Shown here one piece after another: positions 10,835 through 20,854 of a DNA stretch of 64,000 nucleotides. Within the stretch, counting starts at the first letter, position 1. Each line of letters opens with the position of its first letter. The position numbers were made by a program, and so were the translations under genes. Location: the IMG/VR virus record IMGVR_UViG_3300032007_000009; one strand, 5' to 3'. The notes under the pieces were generated by a model. That model ran no database searches and was not told the DNA's origin. It saw only the letters and a program-made list of their open reading frames with translations. Source of the DNA: a virus (taxonomy: Duplodnaviria > Caudoviricetes).

Positions 10835-11270
10835 AGGTATTAAACAAAAATTTTAATTAACTATATTATATTTAATAATATAAATTAATTTTTATAAATA
10901 TTATATAAATATAAATGAGAGAATTTTTTGAACTAGTAAATGAATATCCATTGACTACAGTATTTTTAGTTTTTGGTTGTTGTTTTATACTGCAATATAT
11001 AGGAGAAGCTATTCATGGTCCTAAAAAAATAATCATTATTGATAATGATAAAAAGAATAAAAAATAATATGTATAAAAAAGAAACAACATGTAAATGTAT
11101 TAAAGATTTAGAATTTGAAGATATTCAATTTCATAAAGGACGTGAATACCAAGTAGATATATATCCTCTATATTATCAAATATATCAAAACGGTGGATGG
11201 AATGATTATATATTTATGGAAGGAGAAGATAAATTTAATGAATATTTTAAAGAAATTAAATAAACATAAT

Positions 11271-11389
11271 ATTCATCTTCTAGACCTTTAAAAATTCACA
11301 AAATTTTCACAGTAATAAATTATATTAAAAACTAATTTTATAAGCTTAGAAGATGAATAACCGCTATCTATGAATGAATTTTAATATAG
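11271..11389 (-). ncRNA. Candidate structured ncRNA / long hairpin
   Basis: 12-bp perfect inverted repeat (11271-11282 / 11347-11358) with extended imperfect pairing; CTATATTA motif on the minus strand at 11382-11389; no ORF. Confidence 0.35.
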
Positions 11390-11420
11390 TTTATCATAAA
11401 AAATATTTTACATAAAATTA

Positions 11421-11696
11421 ATGATTAGAGAACATATAAAAAATAAGGTTTATGAATGCGTTAGAAAAAGATTTTATGACCCTAAGATATTTAATAATTT
11501 AATAAGTATTTATCCTGATAATGGAGAAGATTTACTAATATATTCTGAAATTGGTTTTGATAGTTTAGATGTAGTAGAATTTATTTTATCATTAGAAGAA
11601 ACATTTAAAATTGTTTTACCAGATTATTTATTTAATTCAGAAGTAACTTTAAGAATAATTATAGATTATATATATGAACAAAGAAAGAATATTTGA
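11421..11696 (+). CDS. Acyl carrier protein-like
   Basis: GFDSLDVVEFILSLEETFKIVLPD phosphopantetheine attachment signature. Confidence 0.8.
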   Translation: MIREHIKNKVYECVRKRFYDPKIFNNLISIYPDNGEDLLIYSEIGFDSLDVVEFILSLEETFKIVLPDYLFNSEVTLRIIIDYIYEQRKNI

Positions 11697-12771
11697 ATCA
11701 TTTAAAAACTTTAATAGTCATAGTGATGATTATTTAGGTGCATTTTTTATTAATTGTTTTAATGAATTTCCACAATTATATAGAGTATATTTTGATGAAT
11801 TAGGAAATATTGTATATCATAATGGGATGAATTCATTTTATAATATTAGAAAAAATATTAAATACCGAGTTGATAGTCGTAAGACAATTATAGAAATTAA
11901 TAAAGATAAAGAAAAATTAAATTTAGAAGTATTTAATTATTCTGCTAATGAATATTTTATATTAGGGTATTTTGAAAATATTCCTATATTAATTAATATT
12001 ACATTAGGACAAGATGGTGAGATGGCAGATTATTATGAAGAGATATATACAACAAATATTGAAGTAGTATTTGAATACGTTAAAAAATATTTCTTTAAAG
12101 CTGAACATAAAAATAATACAGAATTTGGTATTGCAGCTTCTGATGCAACTCGTCAATTATATACTTCATGGTTTGAATATACACCTCAAGAAGTAGATAT
12201 CAAAACAAATTATAATGATGATCTTCCTTATGATAGAATTTGTAATATATTAGAACAGGAACATAAACCAGAATTATTATTTTTTTATGGACCTGCAGGT
12301 ACAGGTAAGACTACTTTTATAAAACATCTTATTGGAAAGTATCCCGATAGAGATTTTGTATTTATAGATGGATCATTATTATATGAATCGTCACAAGAAA
12401 AACTCATGACATATTTCTTAGAAAATCAGAACACAATATTTATATTAGAAGACTGTGAAAAAATATTAATGAGTAGAGAAGATGGATTTAATCCTGTTAT
12501 GCCAATACTATTAAATATTACTGATGGAATTATCGGAGATGTTTTAGGAATTAAGATAATTTGTACATTTAATACAAATATAAATAAAATAGATGATGCA
12601 TTAAAACGTAAAGGACGACTTTCACTAAAATATGAATTTAAGAAATTAAATAAAGATAAGGTTAAAAATATATTACCTGATGAAAATCAAGATATGACAT
12701 TAGCAGATATTTATAATATAAAGATTGAAAATGATTATAGTAAAAAAGAAACTAGAAAAATAGGATTTTAA
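11674..12771 (+). CDS. AAA+ ATPase
   Basis: Walker A GPAGTGKT, Walker B FILEDCE, IDDALKRKGR second region of homology; C-terminal KIGF. Confidence 0.85.
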   Translation: MNKERIFESFKNFNSHSDDYLGAFFINCFNEFPQLYRVYFDELGNIVYHNGMNSFYNIRKNIKYRVDSRKTIIEINKDKEKLNLEVFNYSANEYFILGYFENIPILINITLGQDGEMADYYEEIYTTNIEVVFEYVKKYFFKAEHKNNTEFGIAASDATRQLYTSWFEYTPQEVDIKTNYNDDLPYDRICNILEQEHKPELLFFYGPAGTGKTTFIKHLIGKYPDRDFVFIDGSLLYESSQEKLMTYFLENQNTIFILEDCEKILMSREDGFNPVMPILLNITDGIIGDVLGIKIICTFNTNINKIDDALKRKGRLSLKYEFKKLNKDKVKNILPDENQDMTLADIYNIKIENDYSKKETRKIGF

Positions 12772-12776
12772 TATTT

Positions 12777-13316
12777 ATGGAAGAAAATATTTTATTAGGT
12801 AAAATAGAAAATGATAATAAAACTTGTTCATGGCCAACACCTGAACGTGAAGCTAAGACAATAGAAATTATCAATAACATGCAGCAACAAATACCGCAAG
12901 AATTATTAGATAATATAAAAAATTCTGATTTAATGAAAATAAAATCTAAATCTTTATATCAATGGGGTTTAGAAACTGCATTAACATTAGAAAATATTGA
13001 TAAAGAAATTAATTTATTTATGATTGCTCAAGATCCAAAAACAGGAGAGATCACTCATATATGTCATTCTTGCGATACTGATGATCTTGAGAAAAGAATA
13101 GATAAATTAGTAAGAATGATTAATAATGCATGTTATGGGGTAAGAGAACATAATAATGAACCAGTTGCAAATGAAATATTTACTATTATAGCTAATGTTT
13201 GTGCTGCATATTGTGCTCAGTCTGAAGATACATTCAAAAGTTTTATGCATGTAGTTAAATATTTTATAGATATTAATAAAGAAGCAGAAGAAAAAACTAA
13301 AGAATCTCAAACATAA
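12777..13316 (+). CDS. Hypothetical protein
   Basis: 179-aa ORF in operon context. Confidence 0.6.
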   Translation: MEENILLGKIENDNKTCSWPTPEREAKTIEIINNMQQQIPQELLDNIKNSDLMKIKSKSLYQWGLETALTLENIDKEINLFMIAQDPKTGEITHICHSCDTDDLEKRIDKLVRMINNACYGVREHNNEPVANEIFTIIANVCAAYCAQSEDTFKSFMHVVKYFIDINKEAEEKTKESQT

Positions 13317-13524
13317 GATTTTTCATATTTGAACCTATAGTAAGATGCTTATTAGATGGATATACAATAACTTCAAATAATATTTCATTATTTTTTTGAT
13401 GTATATCCATTATTTTGCATTTAATATCAAATTTTGGAAAAAACTCACAATCTGATTTAAATCTTACTTTTTTTAATAAAAGACTATATATAGTTTCTAA
13501 TGATAAATCTTTTATAAATTTCAT
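13297..13524 (-). CDS. Hypothetical protein
   Basis: 75-aa ORF with an ATG start that fills an intergenic gap. Confidence 0.5.
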   Translation of the reverse strand: MKFIKDLSLETIYSLLLKKVRFKSDCEFFPKFDIKCKIMDIHQKNNEILFEVIVYPSNKHLTIGSNMKNLMFEIL

Positions 13525-13568
13525 ATTATATCTATATTATATATTATATTAATTTAAAAATAAAATAA

Positions 13569-14753
13569 ATGGAACAAGAAGAACGTTTTTGTAGTTTTTG
13601 TGGTAAATCAATTAATGAAACAGATATTTTGTTTAGTGGTAATGATGGATATATTTGTGCAAATTGTCTAAAAAGATGTAATGATGAATTAGAAAAAAAT
13701 TCAAGAACAGTAAATAGTCATACATTAGCAGGTGTACCTAAACCTAAAGAAATTAAAGAATTTTTAGATAAATATGTAATTGGACAAGATAAAGTTAAAG
13801 AACGAATATCTGTAGCAGTATATAATCATTATAAACGTATTAATACTGAAACAGAAAATGATGTTGAAATTGATAAATCAAATATACTAGTTGTAGGTCC
13901 AACAGGTTCTGGAAAAACACTTATTGCAAAAACTGTAGCAAAACTTCTTAATGTACCTTTTACTATTGGAGATGCAACGGTTTTAACTGAAGCAGGATAT
14001 GTTGGTGAAGATGTTGAATCACTTTTAGTTAATCTTTATCAAGCTGCCGATTATGATGTTGAAAAAACAGAAAGGGGAATTGTATTTATTGATGAAATAG
14101 ATAAAATTGCACGTAAAGGAGATAATGCTTCAATATCTCGAGATGTATCAGGTGAAGGTGTTCAACAAGGTCTTTTAAAACTTCTTGAAGGATCTATTGT
14201 TTCAATTCCTCCTAAAGGTGGTCGTAAACACCCAGATACTCCATTAGTAAAAATTAATACAAAGAATATATTATTTATATGCGGTGGAGCTTTTGTAGGT
14301 ATTGAAGATAAAGTTAAGAATAGATGTAATAAACAGATAATTGGTTTTAATAGTCCAACAAAAAATGATTTAGATGAAACAGATTATTTAGATATGTTAA
14401 ATCCAATTGATTTAAAGTCGTTTGGACTTATTCCTGAAATTATTGGACGATTACCAATTATTACTCATACAAATGAATTAGATAGAAATGCATTAATAAA
14501 AATTCTTAAAGAACCAAAAAATGCATTAATTAAACAATATAAAAAATTATTTTCTCTTGATAATGTAAATCTTGAATTTACAGATGAGGCATTGGAATAT
14601 ATTGTAGATAAAACACTTGAATATAAACTTGGTGCTCGAGGACTTAGAAATGTTATGGAAGATATAATGAATTCAGCAATGTTTAATAGTCCTTCATCAG
14701 ACGTCAAAGAAATAATAGTTGATATTGATTATGTAAAGAATCAAATAGGGTAA
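13569..14753 (+). CDS. clpX: ATP-dependent Clp protease ATP-binding subunit ClpX
   Basis: CSFCGK...ICANC zinc finger, GPTGSGKT, GYVGEDVE pore loop, RKH loop, IGF loop, GARGLR. Confidence 0.96.
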   Translation: MEQEERFCSFCGKSINETDILFSGNDGYICANCLKRCNDELEKNSRTVNSHTLAGVPKPKEIKEFLDKYVIGQDKVKERISVAVYNHYKRINTETENDVEIDKSNILVVGPTGSGKTLIAKTVAKLLNVPFTIGDATVLTEAGYVGEDVESLLVNLYQAADYDVEKTERGIVFIDEIDKIARKGDNASISRDVSGEGVQQGLLKLLEGSIVSIPPKGGRKHPDTPLVKINTKNILFICGGAFVGIEDKVKNRCNKQIIGFNSPTKNDLDETDYLDMLNPIDLKSFGLIPEIIGRLPIITHTNELDRNALIKILKEPKNALIKQYKKLFSLDNVNLEFTDEALEYIVDKTLEYKLGARGLRNVMEDIMNSAMFNSPSSDVKEIIVDIDYVKNQIG

Positions 14754-14770
14754 CTAATGTTACCCTATTT
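14743..14770. terminator. Perfect 12-bp hairpin; bidirectional terminator and possible DGR target hairpin
   Basis: AAATAGGGTAAC-TAAT-GTTACCCTATTT. Confidence 0.8.
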
Positions 14771-14784
14771 TTTATGTATATAAA

Positions 14785-15744
14785 TTAATAAGTAATCATA
14801 GCAACAACATAGTAGCCAATGCTCTTATAGTTGCTGCCGATGGCGCCATTATAAGTATAGACGTAGTATGCGTTATAACTATCATACGCAGTAGAGCTCC
14901 AATAGTAGTGACTAGCTAACGAAGTAACACAATCAGTTGAATATATTGCAGAAATTTGTGCTAACTTAGTATTTATATCGTTACGTAAAGCAACTATCAT
15001 ACTCATTTCACCACCCGCACCAAGATACCAATCTCCTGCATTTGTTCCTACAGTATGATAGCGAGCACAACAACAAGCAGCAGGAGCATAGTTTTCATCT
15101 GAATTATTTGTTATTGATGTATCTGTCATCCATGTTGACTGTGCTGTAGCCGTAGCAAGAATCTTATCTGTTTTGTTTTTACCATCTATATCTGTTACTA
15201 CATATTGGTTTGCTGTACCTAATACAGATGTATTCCATTCGTTATTTGCATCAAATACAGATGGAATTAAACTATATGTTTGTGTTTGCCATGATGTAGT
15301 TAGATAACCATAATTATATCCACCATGATGAGTATATTTTATATTAGCAATAGTAGATATGTTTATTCCACTATTACCCCAACCCATGTCTTGTACTGTT
15401 AATGATCCAGTTTCTGGTGTTGTATAGTTCATATATTTAAGTGACATAAAACGAGCAGGTTCATTCTCACCAAAGAATCCAGTTTTAGCAACGCAGATAC
15501 CAATAGGAGTATAACCCAAGCTTGGATCTAATATAGTTGAATCAACTTTCTTTTCTCCATTAGCATTAGCATAAAGTATATCTAATATATTATATGATGG
15601 CGGTGCAATATATGTATTATAGTGTACTTCATTTTGTTGTTTACATAATGATACAGTTGGTTTACCTTCAGTTTCTGGAAATTCAGAACCAACTAAATAT
15701 TCCTCATATAAAGAATGTTCAGAAAAATGTTTAAGATATTTCAT
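14785..15744 (-). CDS. C-type-lectin-fold (DGR-target-like) protein
   Basis: DWYLGAGGEM and YYWSST motifs; Tyr/Ser/Asn-rich C-terminal variable-like segment with anomalous NNC codons. Confidence 0.75.
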   Translation of the reverse strand: MKYLKHFSEHSLYEEYLVGSEFPETEGKPTVSLCKQQNEVHYNTYIAPPSYNILDILYANANGEKKVDSTILDPSLGYTPIGICVAKTGFFGENEPARFMSLKYMNYTTPETGSLTVQDMGWGNSGINISTIANIKYTHHGGYNYGYLTTSWQTQTYSLIPSVFDANNEWNTSVLGTANQYVVTDIDGKNKTDKILATATAQSTWMTDTSITNNSDENYAPAACCCARYHTVGTNAGDWYLGAGGEMSMIVALRNDINTKLAQISAIYSTDCVTSLASHYYWSSTAYDSYNAYYVYTYNGAIGSNYKSIGYYVVAMITY

Positions 15745-15888
15745 ATAATATTTGAATATTATTTATTTTTTTACTATATTAAATTTGTAATTAATTTAAT
15801 AATTATAATTAAAAATAATCAATGATATTAATAATTTTTCTGAGTTGTAATCTTGATAAAATTATGTAAAAGTAAATAAGAAGTATAT

Positions 15889-16134
15889 ATGAAAATATCA
15901 AATGGTTCTAAAGATCGATGTCGACAAAAGTTTCAGTATAAAGGTATTGGTAAAATTATAAATAGAGTTTGTAATTTGTTTGAAAATGAAGATATTGAAG
16001 CCATTATATCTGAATGTATTTATGATTCAGATAATCCAATAATGTATAATGTTTTACTTTATTTAATTAGAGAAAATTGTAAAGATAGTAAAATTATAAA
16101 TGAATTAAAAGATTTTCAATACATCTATGAATAA
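15889..16134 (+). CDS. Hypothetical protein
   Basis: 81-aa ORF whose end overlaps the mnmA start. Confidence 0.5.
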   Translation: MKISNGSKDRCRQKFQYKGIGKIINRVCNLFENEDIEAIISECIYDSDNPIMYNVLLYLIRENCKDSKIINELKDFQYIYE

Positions 16135-17287
16135 GATAGCACTTTTACTTTCAGGTGGTGTTGATTCTTCAGTTGCATTACATATACTTTGTTCAACTGG
16201 AGAAAAGCCTGATTGTTTTTATATACATATTGGTCCTGATGAGAAGGATTCATATAGTTGTACATCTGAGGAGGATATTGAGATGGCTTCAGCAGTTGCT
16301 GCAAAGTATGGGTGTAAGTTTGAGATAATTGATTTACATAAGGAGTATTGGGATAATGTAGTATCATATACAATGGATAAGGTAAAAAATGGTTTTACAC
16401 CTAATCCTGATGTTATGTGTAATACATTAATTAAGTTTGGTGCATTTTACGATAAGGTTGGATATAAGTATGATTATATTGCGACTGGACATTATGCAAC
16501 TAAAGTGGGATATGCAAATGGTAAATGTAAAGATGTACCAGATTGGGTAACACCTAATCATTTTTTACCAAGTGAAGTCGAGTGGTGGATTTGTCCTGCA
16601 AAAGATCCTGTGAAGGACCAAGTTGATTTTATTGCAAATATTGATACAAAGAAAATTCCTATTTCAAAGATTATATTTCCTATTGGTAATCTTATGAAGG
16701 ATGAAGTTCGAAAGATTGCTGAGGAAAATCATTTAATTAATGCTAAGCGTAAGGATTCACAAGGTATTTGTTTTTTAGGCAAGATAAATTATAATGAGTA
16801 TATTAAGAAGTATCTTGGTACAAATCCTGGTGATATTATTGATATAGATACTAATAAAAAAATAGGTATTCATTATGGACATTGGTTTCATACAATAGGT
16901 CAACGTAAAGGTTTAAATCTTTCAGGTGGTCCATGGTATGTTGTATTTAAGGATATAAAAACAAATATTGTTTATGTATCTAAAAATAAGGAATGTATGA
17001 ATACAAATGAATTCTATATTAGAGATATAAATTGGTTAACAAAAAATTTATGTGAAAATATTGAAAATAATTCAAAATTTATTTGTGATATTAAATTTAA
17101 GGTTAGACATTCTCCTGAAGTATATAATGGAAAATTGATGTTAACAGATGAATCAAATATATTAAAAATTATTTGTGATACTCCTATGAAAGTTGCAAAT
17201 GGTCAATTTTGTACATTATATGATAAAGATTATTATCATTGTTATGGAACAGGTGAAATGATTCAAAAAATACAAATAAATCAATAA
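16127..17287 (+). CDS. mnmA: tRNA-specific 2-thiouridylase MnmA
   Basis: SGGVDS PP-loop, TPNPDVMCN, ATGHYA, KDQ, KDSQGICF, TIGQRKG. Confidence 0.95.
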   Translation: MNKIALLLSGGVDSSVALHILCSTGEKPDCFYIHIGPDEKDSYSCTSEEDIEMASAVAAKYGCKFEIIDLHKEYWDNVVSYTMDKVKNGFTPNPDVMCNTLIKFGAFYDKVGYKYDYIATGHYATKVGYANGKCKDVPDWVTPNHFLPSEVEWWICPAKDPVKDQVDFIANIDTKKIPISKIIFPIGNLMKDEVRKIAEENHLINAKRKDSQGICFLGKINYNEYIKKYLGTNPGDIIDIDTNKKIGIHYGHWFHTIGQRKGLNLSGGPWYVVFKDIKTNIVYVSKNKECMNTNEFYIRDINWLTKNLCENIENNSKFICDIKFKVRHSPEVYNGKLMLTDESNILKIICDTPMKVANGQFCTLYDKDYYHCYGTGEMIQKIQINQ

Positions 17288-17296
17288 AATATTATT

Positions 17297-18386
17297 ATGA
17301 ATAAAGAGAAAAAGATGCAAATTGCAAAAAATATAGCTAAGTCTATATTAATAGCATTAAAAAATGAAAACTGTTTTGATGCTTTTGTTACAAGATTTTA
17401 TACAAAAATAAAATGCATCAATTATCTTTCAGATAATATTAGTAAATATTTTCAAAAAGGTAATTCTACATTAGTAAATTGGAATAAGAATACTTGGTTT
17501 GATATATTTGATGATAAAATAATTGTAGAAGCTTTAGTATTCTATATGACTGATTTTAATCTTAATAAAGAATTTGAAGAATCATAAATATATAAATTAA
17601 TATAATGAAAAAATTTTTATTTACATTAATTTTATGTTTAGTATTAAGTTTTGGTTATACTGGGTGTAATAAACCTGACCAAAAAATAAAAGGATATCCT
17701 AAAGCCGTGTATAAAGGAGTTAAATGGGATATGGTACAAGTTAATGAAAGTATTTATACATTAGTTCCAGGAATTAATGTAGATAATTCAGTTAAACCAA
17801 TTGTATTTAATACTAAGCATTTTAACGTTTCAGAAATAATGGAATAATATGATTGAAAGAATAGAGGAACGAGTTAGAAATATGATGAATCCGTTTTATA
17901 CGGTTATTCAATTAATTAATGAAAATAGTAATGGACGTCTATCTGATGAAAATCTTTTGAAATTTATTAAATCAAAAAATATGCAATCATCAATGGATAC
18001 GTCCATTACTTATTTAATTGATATGTCTAAAATTATTGATGAAAATCTACCTGAAAATTTCGATATTAATAAACTTTTAGATAAATCAAAATATTATAGA
18101 AAAAATTAATATAATTTAGATATTTGTACTATATTTAAATATGAAATAAATTTCATAAATATTAATGAAATATAAATTTAAAGAAATTGATAATATAATT
18201 AATATATTAGATGGAGATAATGTAATTGCAAAATATATAATAGATTATCATTGGGTAGAAAAAAATATATCCGTAAAAAACGATATAATAAGTATACGAT
18301 TATTTAATAGATTAAAAGGTTATAGAGATTGTATAATTAAATTGAATAGTGATATAATACAGAAAATTCCAGAAAATGAAAAATAA
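17297..18386 (+). CDS. Four small hypothetical genes (17297-17587, 17605-17847 putative lipoprotein, 17849-18109, 18165-18386)
   Basis: Tightly packed ORFs; 17605 has a signal peptide ending TGC. Confidence 0.55.
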
Positions 18387-18999
18387 ACAATTCATATATA
18401 CAGAAAAGGACGCTGAAAAAATGTTCTTTACGTCTGATACACATTTCTGTCATGAAAATATTATTAAATATTGTAAGCGACCATTTAAGACTGTAGAAGA
18501 GAATGATGAAGAATTAATCCGTCGTTGGAATGAAAAAGTTCCTAAGGATGGTATTGTTTTCCATCTTGGTGATGTGGCATTTGGAGATCCTGACCGTGTT
18601 GATAATATTCTTGAACGTCTTAATGGTACAATTTATTTAATTATTGGTAATCATGACTGGAGAAGAATCGTATCTCAACATGCATGGAGATTTGAAAAGA
18701 TGACTCAGCAAATTAATATGAAAATCGGTAAGCGTCATATTATTTTGAATCATTATCCAATGCTTGCGTTTTCAGGAGCATGGCGTGGCGAAGATGCAAC
18801 ATATCAATTATTTGGACATGTTCATACATCTCCATATACTGATGAAGGTCTTGACCAAGCTCGTATGAAAATGTTGTTTACTTCTCAATATGATGTAGGT
18901 GTCGATAACAATGATTTTACTCCAGTATCATGGAAAGAGGTCGATAAAATTATTAATAATCAAATGATGAGTTTAGGAATGTGTCGTAATACTATTTAA
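18376..18999 (+). CDS. Calcineurin-like metallophosphoesterase
   Basis: SDTH, HLGD, GNHD, HYP and GHVH motifs. Confidence 0.92.
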   Translation: MKNKQFIYTEKDAEKMFFTSDTHFCHENIIKYCKRPFKTVEENDEELIRRWNEKVPKDGIVFHLGDVAFGDPDRVDNILERLNGTIYLIIGNHDWRRIVSQHAWRFEKMTQQINMKIGKRHIILNHYPMLAFSGAWRGEDATYQLFGHVHTSPYTDEGLDQARMKMLFTSQYDVGVDNNDFTPVSWKEVDKIINNQMMSLGMCRNTI

Positions 19000-19103
19000 T
19001 ATGAATAAGAAAATTGAAAATTTTAAAGAATGGTTATATTTGAAATATAATGCATCAAAAGAATATGGTAATGTTGAAGAGTGGAATATTTGGGAAATTG
19101 TAA

Positions 19104-19739
19104 TTGATAAATTTAATGAAGTATTTGATGAAAGCTGAAGATTATAAAATAATTAATAATGGACTATGGATTTCTGAGAAGGAATTAAATAGATTATTGA
19201 AAGAAAATATTAAGCTTAGAGATGAATCACCTGATTGGCAAATTAAAAAGAATTGGATGCATCAAGGTGCGGAATATATTTGGTTTAATCCGTGGAATAG
19301 ACATTTAAATGGTCGTATAGGAATATTACAAGAACTAAAAAAGAAATATGACGATAATAAAGTAAGATAAAATTTTTAAAGATAAACAATATATACTTTA
19401 AATAATTAAATATTTATTAAAATAAGTATTATGAAAAAAATAATTATAATTTTACTTTTTATATTAGTTACACTTACTTCGTGTTATAAAATTAATTATC
19501 AGACTCGTATTGTATATGATGTATGTTACCCTGATACAACAATTCGTTATGATACAATAGTAAATTGTATATATGTTGGAGATGTTATTTCAGATAATCT
19601 TTTAAACATAGATACTACATCTGCGGTAAAACTTTATTCATATAAAGGTAGTAATAGTATTAGTATTAGACCAGGTAATAACTATATAATGGAGACAACT
19701 GCACCAATTAGATTATATTATTATAAAAGAATTAAATAA
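19104..19739 (+). CDS. Hypothetical genes (about 19104-19370; 19431-19739 putative lipoprotein)
   Basis: 19431 has a hydrophobic signal ending LTSC. Confidence 0.5.
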
Positions 19740-19768
19740 AATATGAATAAAATTTATGTAATATTATA

Positions 19769-19909
19769 ATGATTTATTGTAGCTTAACAGATAATATTAA
19801 ATGTCCTAAATGCGGATCTTATCATGTTTATATTAAATCAGGAATGATGACTGATTTATATATATGTATGGATTGTGGATTTGAATCTCGAGATATTGAA
19901 AATGGGTAG
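19769..19909 (+). CDS. Small zinc-ribbon protein (46 aa, not in the ORF track)
   Basis: MIYCSLTDNIKCPKCGS...ICMDCGFES; ends in TAG. Confidence 0.6.
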   Translation: MIYCSLTDNIKCPKCGSYHVYIKSGMMTDLYICMDCGFESRDIENG

Positions 19910-19925
19910 ACTTAAGTCTACCCAT
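19902..19925. terminator. Perfect 24-bp palindrome, bidirectional terminator
   Basis: ATGGGTAGAC-TTAA-GTCTACCCAT at a convergent junction. Confidence 0.8.
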
Positions 19926-19974
19926 ATATATTAGATTTAATTCCAATTTAATTTTTCTATTTTATCTTTAATAT

Positions 19975-20370
19975 TTAAATATCTTTATAAAATTGAATCC
20001 AATTTTCTGGTTCATCTTCAACTTCTTGTAAAAACTCTTCAACTTTATCTAATGTTAATACAATAGCTTTAGCAAAATTATCTGTTTTTAAATCACAATA
20101 AGGGTCATCATCATAATTTATTGCACCAATTTTACCTATCCAAAGTTTCCATGTTTTTTCTTTATCAACATAACCTAACAAGAAATGAATAAATATATTC
20201 TTTTCTTTATCTTCATGTTTATATTCTATTTTCTGATATTGTTCACCATTATTAAGCCATGTTACTTTTTTATCTGGAGATTTCCAAATAGTAAATTTTA
20301 TATTGCCACGACGTGTGGTTTTCTTTTCATCTTCATCAGATTCTCTAATGTATTGTATGATTGATTTCAT
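19975..20370 (-). CDS. Tagged putative head internal protein
   Basis: N-terminus MKSIIQYIRE. Confidence 0.6.
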   Translation of the reverse strand: MKSIIQYIRESDEDEKKTTRRGNIKFTIWKSPDKKVTWLNNGEQYQKIEYKHEDKEKNIFIHFLLGYVDKEKTWKLWIGKIGAINYDDDPYCDLKTDNFAKAIVLTLDKVEEFLQEVEDEPENWIQFYKDI

Positions 20371-20375
20371 AAAAA

Positions 20376-20648
20376 TTATCTATCACCTTCTTTTTCATCT
20401 GGAGCTAAACGAACTTTAAATTCAATACTATCGCCAACTCTTGTTAAATCTTCTAAACTACGTAATGCTGATGTGATAATATGAAAACGATTTTCATCAG
20501 CTTCTAAATCAAATTTAATTGCTTTAGCACCTTCACGAATACAATTACAAAATTCATCTAATTCATCAACATTACAAAGTATTGTTCCATTAGATTTATA
20601 TCTTTTTGCTTCTCTACGTTCAGATATTAATTCTTTAATATTTTTCAT
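20376..20648 (-). CDS. Tagged putative head internal protein
   Basis: N-terminus MKNIKELISE. Confidence 0.6.
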   Translation of the reverse strand: MKNIKELISERREAKRYKSNGTILCNVDELDEFCNCIREGAKAIKFDLEADENRFHIITSALRSLEDLTRVGDSIEFKVRLAPDEKEGDR

Positions 20649-20776
20649 ATTTTACTAAATTGTATTAAGTAACATGCAGAGTTATCTTCTCTTACGGTAC
20701 CAATAATATTTTTTTTACAGTTATTAAATTTTTTTTCTTTTATATAGTATTTGCAATTAATGCATTTATCTTCCAT
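20645..20776 (-). CDS. Small Cys-rich protein (43 aa, not in the ORF track)
   Basis: MEDKCINCKYY...NCKKN...SACYL; its TGA overlaps the next ATG. Confidence 0.5.
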   Translation of the reverse strand: MEDKCINCKYYIKEKKFNNCKKNIIGTVREDNSACYLIQFSKI

Positions 20777-20854
20777 TTTATTTATCTAATCATTATATTT
20801 GATTATATATTAAAAAATAAACATTTTAATATTTTTTTATAATGATTTATAATA

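Noticed and set aside
9782-17287. Bacterial chromosome origin suggested by recA, clpX, mnmA and ACP
   Set aside because: The context is phage-like: T4-type topoisomerase, gp46/47, gp42 and gp26-like genes, dense small ORFans and no bacterial operon synteny.
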